Assembly: GCF_006345805.1 (NCBI RefSeq)
Contig: NC_043018.1
Location: 18,600,001 to 18,664,000, forward strand
DNA: 64,000 bases
Source: Octopus sinensis
Lineage: Eukaryota
Reading direction: 5' to 3'
Below are positions 25,686 through 38,880 of the stretch, piece after piece. The notes under the pieces are model-generated. The model was given only the letters and a program-made list of their open reading frames with translations. It did no database searches and had not been told where the DNA came from. Both the position numbers and the translations under genes were made by a program. Each line of letters begins with the position of its first letter. Position 1 is the first letter of the stretch.

Positions 25686-27838
25686 GAGCGGTGAGCTGGC
25701 AGAATCGTTAGCATGCCAGGCAAAATGCTTGGCAGTATTTTGTCTGCGATTACATTAAAATGATAATAATGAAATTATTGTATACAGTGCTCAGGTGCAC
25801 CACAACTTATCAGAAAGTGCGTATAAAGTATATGCAGTAATGTACAAATGCCTGCAAAGCGAACAGTGTATGAGTCAGATACATGCTTGCGTGTGTATGG
25901 AGGGAAGAAAATCAGGTGTAGTGTTGACGAATTTGAGGAAGCATGGAAGTTTTGAAGGATGCAGTGCTCCGACAACTAACAACTGATGCCGGCAGTCTGT
26001 TCCATGCTTCAGCAACTCTCAGCGTGAAAAAATGTTTCCTGAAGTCATGGGAGCTGTGCTGTTTTCTGACTTTGAATATGTCGACGGGTGTTAGATGGGT
26101 GGAGTTTGAAAAAAGGTAGGAGGGGGAGAAAATCAGATGTAGTGTTGGCAAATCTCAGAAAGCATGGAAGTTTTGAAGGATGCAGTGCTCCGACAACTAA
26201 CAACTGATGCCGGCAGTTTGTTCCATGCTTCAGCAACTCTCAGCATGAAAAAATGTTTCCTGAAGTCATGGGAGCTGTGCTGTTTTCTGACTTTGTAAAT
26301 ATGTCGACGGGTGTTAGATGGGTGGAGTTTGAAAAGGTATGGAGGGGAGAAAATCAGATGTAGTGTTGGCGAATCTCAGGAAGCATGGAAGCTTTGAAGG
26401 ATGCAGTGCTCCGACAACTAACAACTGATGCCGGCAGTCTGTTCCATGCTTCAGCAACTCTCAGCGTGAAAAAATGTTTCCTGAAGTCATGGGAGCTGTG
26501 CTGTTTTCTTACTTTGTAAATATGTCCACGGGTTGTTTGATAGGGTGGAGTTTGAAAAGGTATGGAGGGGAGAAAATCAGATGTAGTGTTGGCGAATCTC
26601 AGGAAGCATGGAAGCTTTGAAGGATGCAGTGCTCCGACAACTAAAACTGATGCCGGCAGTCTGTTCCATGCTTCAGCAACTCTCAGCGTGAAAAAATGTT
26701 TCCTGAAGTCATGGGAGCTGTGCTGTTTTCTGACTTTGTAAATATGTCGACGGGTGTTAGATGGGTGGAGTTTGAAAAGGTATGGAGGGGAGAAAATCAG
26801 ATGTAGTGTTGGCGAATCTCAGGAAGCATGGAAGTTTTGAAGGATGCAGTGCTCCGACAACTAACAACTGATGCCGGCAGTCTGTTCCATGCTTCAGCAA
26901 CTCTCAGCGTGAAAAAATGTTTCCTGAAGTCATGGGTGCTGTGCTGTTTTCTGACTTTGTAAATATGTCGACGGGTGTTAGATGGGTGGAGTTTGAAAAG
27001 GTATGGAGGGGAGAAAATCAGATGTAGTGTTGGCGAATCTCAGAAAGCATGGAAGTTTTGAAGGATGCAGTGCTCCGACAACTAACAACTGATGCCGGCA
27101 GTCTGTTCCATGCTTCAGCAACTCTCAGCGTGAAAAAATGTTTCCTGAAGTCATGGGAGCTGCGCTGTTTTCTGACTTTGTAAATATGTCCACGGGTGTT
27201 AGATGGGTGGAGTTTGAAAAGGTATGGAGGGGAGAAAATCAGGTGTAGTGTTGGCGAATCTCAGGAAGCATGGAAGTTTTGAAGGATGCAGTGCTCCGAC
27301 AACTAACAACTGATGCCGGCAGTCTGTTCCATGCTTCAGCAACTCTCAGCGTGAAAAAATGTTTCCTGAAGTCATGGGAGCTGTGCTGTTTTCTTACTTT
27401 GTAAATATGTCCACGGGTGTTAGATGGGTGGAGTTTGAAAAGGTATGGAGGGGAGAAAATCAGATGTAGTGTTGGCGAATCTCAGGAAGCATGGAAGCTT
27501 TGAAGGATGCAGTGCTCCGACAACTAACAACTGATGCCGGCAGTCTGTTCCATGCTTCAGCAACACTTAGCGTGAAAAAAAAAACTTTTACAAAGCGCCT
27601 CAGGCCAAGATTGAACCTTTGTTAAAGAGGTTTGTGTGTTGCTGTGTCCATGTCTTTACCCACAAGACCATTGAGTTCAAATTCTGCTGAGTTCAAATTC
27701 TGCCTTTCATCCTTTCGAGGTCGATTAAATAAGTACCAGTTACACACTGGGGTTGGTGTAGTCAACTTAATCCTTTTGTCTGTCCTTGTTTGTCCCCTCT
27801 ATGTTTAGCCCCCCCCCCTTGTGAGCAATAAAGAAATA
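25686..27838 (+). mobile_element. SINE family B split by a 1.9-kb insertion (halves 25686-25756 and 27673-27838)
   Basis: gcggtgagctggcagaatcgttagc...ttacatt | gagttcaaattc...gcctttcatcctttcgaggtcga...aataaagaaata reconstitutes the intact copies at 32341 and 42346. Confidence 0.85.
25757..27584 (-). mobile_element. CR1/L2-group LINE 3' end with a ~7.5 x 221-bp tandem array
   Basis: gtgctccgacaact at 25964, 26185, 26406, 26629, 26849, 27070, 27291 and 27512. The unit encodes SNTR(G/R)HIYKVRKQHSSHDFRKHFFTLRVAEAWNRLPASVVSCRSTASFK...*. The single 3' UTR and tail match 52680-52765 and 47557-47700. Confidence 0.9.
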
Positions 27839-28069
27839 TATATTACAACTTTCTGCCAAACATTCTTCTCTTGGACAAGTTTCTTTTGTTTTCCTGCTTT
27901 TGTTATTGATCTAACATTATTTTGTCAGTATATGTGTGTGTATGTATGTATATATGTGTGTGTGTATAAAAGAAGGGCCAAAATCCTTCAAAGGGATGTT
28001 AAACATTTAAGCCCACCAGTACAATCCAAGCAAAGGATATACAAAAAACTATATAAAAATATACAAAAA

Positions 28070-28479
28070 CAGGAGTGGCTGTGTGGTAAGTAGCTTGCTA
28101 ACCAACCACATGGTTCCGGGTTCAGTCCCACTGCGTGGCATCTTGGGCAAGTGTCTTCTGCTATAGCCCCGGGCCGACCAATGCCTTGTGAGTGGATTTG
28201 GTAGACGGAAACTGAAAGAAGCCTGTCGTATATATGTATATATATATATATATGTATGTGTGTTTGTGTGTCTGTGTTTGTCCTCCTAGCATTGCTTGAC
28301 CACCGATGCTGGTGTGTTTACATCCCCGTCACTTAACGGTTCAGCAAAAGAGACCGATAGAATAAGTACTGGGCTTACAAAGAATAAGTCCCGGGGTCGA
28401 TTTGCTCGACTAAAGGCGGTGCTCCAGCATGGCCGCAGTCAAATGACTGAAACAAGTAAAAGAGTAAAGAGTAAAGAGT
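28070..28479 (+). mobile_element. SINE family A
   Basis: Full-length copy. Confidence 0.92.
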
Positions 28480-28566
28480 ATTCAGTATTGGTATAATCAA
28501 TAAATAAAGGATAAGGAAAGGAAAAAAAAACATAAGCATAGATCATCTTTTAATCCTTTCCTTATA

Positions 28567-28993
28567 TACTCTTTACTCTTTCTCTCTTTTACTCTTTTAC
28601 TTGTTTCAGTCATTTGACTGTGACCATGCTGGAGCACCGCCTTTAGTCGAGCAAATCAATCCTAGGACTTATTCTTTGTAAGCTTAGTACTTATTCTATC
28701 GGGCTCTTTTTTGCTGAACTGCTAAGTTATGGGGATGTAAAGACACTAGCATCGGTTGTCAAGCAGTGTTGGGGGTACAAACACAGACACACAAACATAT
28801 ACACACACATACATACATACATACATATATACGACGGGCTTCTTTCAGTTTCCGCCTACCAAATCCACTCACAAGGCTTTGGTCAACCCGAGGCTATAGT
28901 AGAAGACACTTGCCCAAGGTGACATGCAGTGGGACTGAACCCAGAACCACGTGGTTGGTAAGCAAGCTACTTACCACACAGCCACTCCTATGC
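28567..28993 (-). mobile_element. SINE family A
   Basis: Full-length copy, tail-to-tail with the previous one. Confidence 0.92.
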
Positions 28994-29043
28994 TGATCTT
29001 ACCAATCGGTTTCACACTAGGGATTGAACGGAGTGTTAGGATT

Positions 29044-29260
29044 AAGGCGGTGAGCCAGCAGAATCATCAGAATGCTGGATGAAATGTTTAGCAGTATTAC
29101 ACCTGTCGCTAGGTTCTGAGTTCAAATTCCGCTGAGGTCGACTTTGCATTTTGTCCTTTCGGGGTCAATAAAATAAGTACCAGTTGAACACTGGGGTTGA
29201 TGTAATCGACTCATACCCACCCACCCTCCCCCAGGCTACCCTTGTGGCAAAAATTTGGAA
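29044..29260 (+). mobile_element. SINE family B, diverged copy
   Basis: ggcggtgagccagcagaatc...gagttcaaattcc...cctttcggggtcaataaaataagtaccag. Other diverged copies lie near 2885, 5810, 35225, 37210 and 61080. Confidence 0.8.
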
Positions 29261-29626
29261 TAATAATTATTAGTATTGTTGTCATTTGCATAATTTGGGT
29301 TGTGTTAATTTGTCGGGTGATGGAAGCATTTTGCAGCTGCTGTGTAATTGAGTTCGTGTATTTTATTGCAAGAATGATTCAGTAGATGATGTGGTGCAGC
29401 TTTAATGCATTAATGCAGTGAAGCTGTGCAGAATATGCATTGTGTACATTGTAGGTGTTATAGTGTCAGGTACTGATTATATAGATGGGTGCGTTGAGAT
29501 ATTTTATTAGCTGTTAAATATAGAATGGTTAATGAATATAGAATTTATGGTGTGCAGAGAGAGCTTACTGTCTGAGTTGCACAATTGAAAGTAAAAGAGT
29601 TATGCAGAATATTTAGGCAGCACTAG

Positions 29627-29975
29627 CATCATCGTTGTCATTGTCATCATCATTTAACACCCATTCTCCATGCTGGCATGGGTTGGATGACTTGACAAGG
29701 ACCGGCAAAGCCGGAGGCCGTACTGAGTTCTGTAGTCTGTTTTGGTTTGATTTCTATGGCTTGATCCCTTCCTAACGCCAACCACTCCACAGAATGTACT
29801 GGGTGCTTTCCACATGGTACCAACACTCACACCAATGCCTTTTATGTGGCACCTTGGTTTTAGGATCTCAACCCTGCTGTGATGAGCAAGTCTTCATGAG
29901 GACACCAATGTGCTACGTATCTCTGTCCGCTCTCATCTCCATAAGGTTTGGTGCTTTGAGATCAGCCTTCAATAC
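29627..29975 (-). mobile_element. Family C, diverged copy
   Basis: ccatgctggcatgggttgga...cccttcctaacgccaaccac. Confidence 0.7.
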
Positions 29976-29989
29976 TTCATCCGTATATA

Positions 29990-30029
<40 letters not shown>

Positions 30030-30139
30030 TAGATAGATAGATAGATATAGGTATGATGGTGTGGAAAGACGCCTGTTGCTATTTCTTGTTGTTTGTATTT
30101 GTAATTCTGTACCAGGTTCTCCGTTTTTTTTTGTTTGTT

Positions 30140-30315
30140 TGTACTCAATGCCAATCTTTACCTTACTGATAGCGTCCCTGTACATGGCTTGTACACTTTA
30201 CACCAACCACTCATCTATCCCTAGTTTCTACATTGACCACCAGATAAAGTGATCAGGGAATCCTGTCAAAGGCTTTCTCCAAGTCAACATAAGCCATGTA
30301 CAGAGGTTTATCCGT
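30140..30315 (-). pseudogene. RTE-clade RT fragment
   Basis: LYMAYVDLEKAFDRIP...KLGIDEWLV*SVQAMYRDAISKVKIG; same family as 47358-48245. Confidence 0.85.
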
Positions 30316-30630
30316 GGCTAAGTATGTTTATCTATACATATATCTATCTATCTCTCTCTCTCTCTCTCTCTCTCTCGATATATATATATGCTTATATGCA
30401 TTATATATATATATATATATATATGCTTATATGCATATATATGTTTAGGTGTGTAGATTACTATAGTTATGTATGTATATACTGTGTGTATGTGTGCATG
30501 TGAGCGTACATATGTTGTTTGTATGTTTGTATACACACATACATATATACACACATACACACAGCCACACAGCATATACAAGCATAATCTACACACTTAA
30601 ACACAGATATACACACATATATACACTGTA

Positions 30631-30661
<31 letters not shown>

Positions 30662-30809
30662 TGTATGCACACACATATAATGTAGATTCATAAATTCAAT
30701 AATCTACACATAAGCAAAGGTACACACACACATTTATATACATACATGAATGTAGTAATCTACACATCAAAATGCAGATACACACACACAAATGTGTATA
30801 TATATATAT

Positions 30810-30845
<36 letters not shown>

Positions 30846-30923
30846 CATGTACACTCACACATGTGTGTGTGTATATATATATATACACACACACTGTATT
30901 GATGTATGTATATATTGTGTGTG

Positions 30924-30959
<36 letters not shown>

Positions 30960-32340
30960 GTATATACATACATCAATACAGTATTGTTTGCACATGTAAA
31001 AACCCAGCACCGAAATATCATCTTACATTTGTAAAACTGGAAAAAGACATTGTTCATTTGTGGAAGATCATTGGTTCGGAGACACTTTGGAAATGGAATA
31101 TGGAAAAAAAAAAAAAAGAATAACAAACACAACTAGATTTCACATCATATATACACGCACGTGTGTGTGTGTGTGTGTGTGTGGTGGTTTTGTGAAGATG
31201 TATCAGGTTCTCAGTGGGGAAATAAATGTACCAAGTCGGCTGGCATTAGCTGAATCAAAGTTAATATCCATGAACAAAGTCACTCACATGGCAAAGAATT
31301 ATCAGTTCCTCCCCCCTCCTCCTCCCATTCCCTCGCAGTCTCTTGTACAAACGACCTCAACGTCTACGTCCTTCCACCACACCCCACACTGAGCTGCTGC
31401 ACAATGACTCCGACTTTACATGAACCATCGACAAGACAGTCTCTAAAGGAACAACAGGCTACAAGATAACATTTGCTGTCTCCACCATCTGCGTTACTCA
31501 CTGGCCAAATATTATCAAACGTAGCAAGACTGACACACACATACACACACACGACAAAATACTATGAAATACATACACACACACATCTACAACATTTATA
31601 AAATAAAAGAAGGCAAGACATTGTACAAAATATCTACAAGTCCCACCTTTAGCCAATCTTACAACATTTATTCAACTCTGCTTAGGACCTTTAATCTCTT
31701 CATAAAGAAATCATAGCAAACTGAATAAAAAAACTGGATGGCCCGATTCTATCACAGGCCACCCCAACAGGGTACTCCCATTGTATACTTTTATAGACCT
31801 TCACAGACTTCTGCTATGGACCACCAGTACAGAAACCTCTGGAATGCATTTAAAATATTAAATATGGAAAGCTCTCTAGACATAAAAGATATAGTTCTTA
31901 AAATCTATATTGCTGTGTTTATTCCCCCTTCTGGCTTCCAGAAATATCCACAACTACGTAGAATATTATCACAGCATCATCTTTGGATCTCTTCCACCTC
32001 ATCTTCCACGTCAGGGCTACACCAAGGACTGATGACAACCAGGTATCTGAGTGGTCTCATTCTCCGACACAAGACCAGAAATTGCCATCAACAGAACCAC
32101 CTCATTGTCTTGTGGTGATGAGAGCAGAAATGAAAACTGCAGAAGGCTGGAAAACCCCTAAAGATGAATAGAAAGAAGTTACTAAAGGAAAAATGGTAAG
32201 TGATCGTCTGGAATTTGTGAAAGGATAACTGCTTCCAATGCTAACCCAAACAGGTTGCAAATTAAATTCTGTGTCATTTGAAGAGGAGATAGGAAGGCTG
32301 ACTACTGGAAGCATGTAACTGATAGATGGGGAATAAAAGC

Positions 32341-32567
32341 TATTTCTTTATTACCCACAAAGGGCTAAACATAGAGGGGACAAACAAGGACAGACATAGG
32401 TATTAAGTCGATTACATCGACCCCAGTGCTTAACTGGTACTTAATTTATTGACCCCGAAAGGATGAAAGGCAAAGTCGACCTCGGCGGAATTTGAACTCA
32501 GAACGTAACGACAGACGAAATACCGCTAAGCATTTCGCCTGGCACACTAACGTTTCTGCCAGCTCGT
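32341..32567 (-). mobile_element. SINE family B, intact copy
   Basis: tRNA-like head, central gcctttcatcctttcggggtc...agtaccag domain and tail gtgggtaataaagaaata. Confidence 0.9.
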
Positions 32568-33547
32568 CCAAAGTCTGTCTATGGATGAGGGATGGAGAGC
32601 CAAGTCACATAATATAAGCAGATGTGTCTTATTTCTCTGAAAAATTTAGGTATTTACTAAGAATAAGTGAAGGAAAAAGTATTCATTTTTCAATATATTT
32701 TGAGAGAAGTTTCCAACGTCATGAGATAAATAAATTCTGTTGTTTTATAGATTTTGAAACATGTTTTTTTTTTTTATATTTGTGTCTCCATTCAGCTCAA
32801 GATAGCTAAGGGCCATAGAGACAACACTCTGTGTTTTAACTCATGTAAAAACAATAGCTCAGGAAATAAAAAGAAAAAAAAATCACTCAGTAGAATGTAA
32901 ACATTTCACAATGAGAAAAAACTACGTTTTGACAGAAAGTAGCTTGACTATCCAGTGTAATAAGGTATACAAAAACAACAAAACCAGCAGATACAAACAA
33001 ACATTTTACCAAGCAAAAATACTATGGAAACACCTAATGCCAACAAGAAAAGTAGAAGTCAAGCCTGGAGCTTTGTTAATACTTCAATCAAGATAGGAAC
33101 ACTAGATATGAGTCATATAGCTGAAAGAACAGTTTGGCAACACTGAGTAACGGAAACAAGTACGTTTTTGCCTGAAGCTATCATGTAACCTTAAGAAATA
33201 AGAAAAGTGCCATTACAAAATTAGATGGGGTTTCCTTGTGCACTCTAAACCTCAGTTGCAAGTATTCCTAACTGATGCATAGACAGCAATCTCTGCTATT
33301 GAAAAGTTAGGTCTATAGAACTGGAACTTTGTGCCAAAGAAGCTGCACAGTTATACAGAGAGGTTTATCTGTATTCAAATTTCTATTTTTGCTTGTGCAT
33401 AAGTACTTGTGCATGTCTGTGTAGGCGTTATATATTATATGCACACATAGCCAGCATCGTTGTGCATCACTAGGTGTGTTTGTGTGTGAGTGTGTGTGAG
33501 TGAGTGTGTGAAAAGAGAGAGAGAGGGAGGGAGGGAAACAATGTGTA

Positions 33548-33594
<47 letters not shown>

Positions 33595-33754
33595 TAATGT
33601 ATGTATATATATGCATCATCATCATCGCTTAACGTCCATTTTCCATGCTAGCATGGGCTGGATGTATGTTTATACATAAATGTATATATACACACACACA
33701 CATATATATAGACATATATACATATACATACATATATACACACACATATATACC

Positions 33755-33789
<35 letters not shown>

Positions 33790-34085
33790 TATACACACAT
33801 ATATATATATATATACATGTAGAAAAATGTGTGTAATGATTCATTATGAGTGTGTGGGAGTGCATATGATGTAATTATGTGCATGCATTTTAGCAGGTGC
33901 TTACACGTGCTTATGTGTGCATATGTATGTGTATGGATACGCACTAGCACATATCTGCATTTTCCCAAGAATGCACACAACTGCGAGATTACAGGAGCGT
34001 TTCAGTAATCATGCATGTGTAAGGACTTGTGTGCACGATGCGTACTTTCGCACGTCAGCACGTGTGTGTGTGTGTGTGTGTGTAT

Positions 34086-34142
<57 letters not shown>

Positions 34143-34727
34143 GGTGTTAATGTGCAGAAAAAGATGCCAGGCTGGAGAATGGAAGAGTCAAATGCTTCCG
34201 TGAATAACAGCAAATATTTTACATATTTTAAACAAATCTGTCAGAAAAACTCCAGGAAGATGTCTATTTTCAGAGATATATTTTAAACGCCCCCATTGTT
34301 GTCACACTTACAATCAGGTGTATACAAGCCCTACTTACATGTATATATACACACATACACACACAGAGTCATGCTTACATACACACACATATATATATAT
34401 ATATATACACACACACATATATATTTATATAAATCTATATATAAAATATATATATATAAATATATATATATACAGATGTATTCACATGAGTGGTTCACAA
34501 GCTTCTTTAAAAAGATATATACCTATTTGGGGGGGGGGGTATGTACATGTATGTGTGTGTGTGTGTGTATATATGTGTGCTTGCATCTGTGTATATACCG
34601 ATCTCTCTTTCTCTTCTGTTTCTTTGATAAACAATTTCAAACCACACACATACACACAAATACATACGTGTGCATCTATGTGTATATATGTGTGTGTGTG
34701 TAAGTGTGTGTATATATTATATATATA

Positions 34728-34761
<34 letters not shown>

Positions 34762-34795
34762 GATATATAATGATATATATATATATATATAATAT

Positions 34796-34833
<38 letters not shown>

Positions 34834-35690
34834 GATTCATATGATATATGTATTTGTATGTATATAGATACATGTTTGAGTATTCTCGTGTGTTGGCATG
34901 TGAAAATAAAATGTCCAAGAAATATGATATACAAAATTTAAAAAATAGCATTAGTAGCAGTAGTAGTAGTATTTATAGTGGTAACAACAATAACAGCAAC
35001 AAATTATATATATATATATATATTTATATTTATGATATTTGGTATTCGTTTATATTTTATTAGGGCTTTCAATTTTGATATTTTCTCACACATTTCATTT
35101 GTTGTGGAAATTTTTCAACTGATTCTGCAAAATATATTCTTCTTCAGCAATTTCAGTTTATTTACCATTTTTATATTTCTCTATCTTTCTGCTGTATCTT
35201 TTAATCATTATTAGAATGGAATGGAAGGCAGCAAGCTAGCAGACTTCTTACCACGCCGAACAAATGCTAAATGCTTAGCAATATTTTGTCCAACTTTCCG
35301 TTCTGAGTTCAAATTCTGCTGTGGTCTACTTTGCCTTTCATCCCTTTAGGGTCAATGTGATCGATTCCCCAAAGTTCTAGGCTTTGTGCTTATAATGGAA
35401 AGGTTTATTCCAATGCTATGTTACCAGACACTCACAGCACTCACTGTGTTCAGCAGAAAGCCAAACTTCACATTCTACAAAAACTTAACAGAAGGTAGGA
35501 AGAACAATGGTCTCCTTGTATTCCTGAGTTACTCTTCTGGGCCTAATTGACTTTCAATGTTTAAAAAAGTCTCATTATATTCTTATAATCAGATATTATT
35601 AGGATTTACGGCAATGTACTTGCATAGCAAGTGACTTGATCTGAGCTTGTGTGCTGAAATAAAAACAATTGCAGTATGGAAGGTGTTTAT

Positions 35691-35920
35691 AAGCCATTCA
35701 AGAACACACAAAAACCATTAGATTCACTTCAACATTCAAATTTCATTTGTATCAAAATATTTTCATCGCTTTGAAACCACGACCTCTTCACTGACAAAAC
35801 TTGGTGCTGCATCTGAGAAAGCAACAGGTCGCAGTTTCAAAGTAATGGAAATATTTTGACACAAACGAAATCTAAACGCTGAAGTGAGACTAACAGCTTC
35901 TGTAAGTTCTTGAATGGCTT
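35691..35920. mobile_element. Degenerate inverted-repeat element with a hammerhead-like remnant
   Basis: Arms 35691-35785 and 35826-35920 are imperfect reverse complements (aagccattcaagaac / gttcttgaatggctt). Confidence 0.7.
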
Positions 35921-35925
35921 CTCAT

Positions 35926-36327
35926 TTACTCTTTACTCTTTTACTTGTTTCAGTCATTTGACTGCGGCCATGCTGGAGCACTGCCTTTAATCGAGCAACT
36001 CGACCCCGGGACTTATTCTTTTGTAAGCCCAGTACTTATTCTATCGGTCTCTTTTGCCGAACTGCTAAGTAAAGGGGACATAAACACACCAGCATCGGTT
36101 GTCAAGCAATGCTAGGGGTACAAACACAGACACACAAACACACACACACATATATATATATATACATATATACGACGGGCTTCTTTCAGTCTCCGTCTAC
36201 CAAATCCACTCACAAGGCTTTGGTCGGCCCGAGGCTATAGTAGAAGACACTTGCCCAAGGTGCCACACAGTTAGACTGAACCCGGAAACGTGTGGTTCGT
36301 AAACAAGCTACTTACCACACAGCCACT
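35926..36327 (-). mobile_element. SINE family A
   Basis: Family motifs. Confidence 0.9.
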
Positions 36328-36872
36328 GATATTCCATGCAAATATCTACTATACTTATATTATTATGAATTGTACTGAAAAACTGTTGAAATATTTTGGG
36401 CGTTGTAGAATTATAACCAATTTATTGCACATAAACTTCAGCAGCAAAACATTAAGTGGACTCCCAAGGGCCATGTGGAAGGAACCCAGTTGAGAATCCC
36501 TAATTTAGGAAATGATGAAGTCAATATAAGGTTTTAATGGACAATAACTTAAAATGATATTAAGTGATTTTGGTTTACTTGTTTGGAGCAAACTCTACAG
36601 GTATGGCCATGCTGAAGCTGCCGGCAGCTGTACTTGTCTGAGATACAAAAGGGTGGGAAACCATCGGAAAAGCTTCCATTTAATATCCATGTATTGCTGA
36701 TTTGTATGTCTGTGATGAAAACTTATTGCATATGGGAGACAAGTTCTGGCTATCAGCTGAATCTAACATTATGATTGCACTTCAGCTGTTCTTTGGTAAT
36801 GAAGAACAAGTACTCTTCCCGTGCCTGGTCACTATGGTGAATGAAGCTGTTTGGTGGCCGCAGTTGAAATAT

Positions 36873-37083
36873 TTAACTCTTTTGATACCAAACCAACTAA
36901 AACCAACTCTGGTTCTATGAGACAAACTTCCAGTTTTAAAGAGATCTAAATTGGAAATTTCCTATCAAAATTTGCTCTACCTAAATAATGGTAATTTTAG
37001 TTTACTAATTTCTACACTATTTTCAAAATTAACTAAAAGAAACACAGTATATTCCAACAGAAATATGGTAGCAGAAGGTTTAA
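36873..37083 (-). mobile_element. piggyBac-like MITE family P2, diverged copy
   Basis: TTAA ends; reverse complement resembles 61548-61775. Confidence 0.65.
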
Positions 37084-38199
37084 GGATAGAACTCATTCTC
37101 TCAGTTAAAGCCCTCATCAAGCCCTTCAAATGATACCAGATCAGAGAAAAAGGTAAGTACTAGTGAAGATGGTGTAAAAACGATGATCATCATCATCACC
37201 ATTATCATAAAGGTAGTGGACTAACAGAATCATAAGAACATCAGCGAAAAGGCTTTGCAATATTTGGGTTCTGAGTTCAAATACAACCATCATCAGCTTT
37301 ACCTTTTATCTCTCCATGGTTCATAATATAAAAACCTCATTCAAGAACAGGGATCAGGACTTTTGACTAATCCCCTTCACTTAAAATTACTGGCCTGGTA
37401 CCTAAAACCAGAAACTATTATTGTTATTGTTCTAGGTGTATCATATTTGCCTTGGGTTTACGGTGGTACCACAACCATTTCTGTTCCAGTAATACCCTCC
37501 TACCCATCACCCTGCTGGTAGTAACAAAGAAAATATCTTTATTATTATTATTTTATTATTATTGAGTGAGAGAGCAGTACATGCCATCAAAGTGACACTG
37601 GGGTAAAATATACGAAGCCCAGTATACCCATCATGACTACCCATCTGATATAAACAGCACATGACCTTGCAGGTGGAGCCCAGTTAGAATTTTCTTCTGG
37701 TCAAGTAACCCATTCCGCTCAAAAGGTCCCTGAATAAGGGTTGTTTAAGGATGTTGAATGAAACACCCATGTTTCCAGAGGTGAATTATTCAAACCCCAA
37801 AGAACCCTTCTCAACACATGGCTATGATGCTCCCCCTCTACTTCTGCTCGTGATCAGAGATGCACGTATCGTCAGCCACTAATGGACATGCTCAACTGGT
37901 TAAGGTCAAACAACTGACAAGCAAATCTGTGGTATTGAGCAGAATATTTGCTGTAGCCCATCTTTTATACCAAGACAAAACAATGTACATTATTATTATT
38001 ATTATTATTATTATTATCATTATTATTATTATTATTAGCATCATTATTGTCATCATTTTTTCTTTGCCAAATTTTTTCCCCCCTTAAATTTAAATTCAAC
38101 CAACCAAAATCAAGAACAGCCAATCACAATTTTACACATTTCTTCAAACTGTTTTTTTTAGCATGAAATACTGCTTACATTAACTTCATGGAATCACCA

Positions 38200-38415
38200 A
38201 TTATTGTTGTTGTTGTTATCATCATCATCATCATCATCATTATTATTATTATTATTATTTATTATTATTATTACTGTGGTTGTTTTTCCCCCACTACCAA
38301 GTGTATTATTATTATTATTATTATTATTATATTATTATTATTATTATTATTATCATTATTATTATTATTATTATTATTACTATTATTATTATCATTATCA
38401 TTATTATTATTATTA

Positions 38416-38451
<36 letters not shown>

Positions 38452-38502
38452 CATCATCATTATTATTATTATCATTATTATTATTATTATTATTATTATT
38501 AC
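38200..38502. repeat. (ATT)n microsatellite with a duplicated ~34-bp island
   Basis: gtggttgtttttcccccactaccaagtgtatt at about 38275 and 38504. Confidence 0.9.
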
Positions 38503-38741
38503 CGTGGTTGTTTTTTCCCCACTACCAAGTGTATTGCATTGTTTTTCATTAGCTTTTGCTGGTGTCAGGTCTTTTTTATTTTCTGCCTTATTCTCTCCCA
38601 CCTTTCCTTTCTCTTTCTCTCTCTCTCTCTCTACCCCCCTTTCTCTCTCCCTCCTACACTAAACCATTGCCTTTCACTTTTTTCGCTCAACCCTTCACTG
38701 TCAGTTTTATTCCTCTCCCTTTCTTCCCTTCAATGCCCCCA

Positions 38742-38880
38742 CTCTCTAACTCTCCCTCTCTCTCTTACTCTCCCTCTCTCTCTAACTCTCCCTCTCTCTC
38801 TTACTCTCCCTCTCTCTCTTACTCTCCCTCTCTCTCTTACTCTCCCTCTCTCTCTCTTACTCTCCCTCTCTCTCTTACTC
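38742..38880. repeat. 18-bp minisatellite (tctcttactctccctctc)
   Basis: About 7 consecutive units. Confidence 0.9.
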
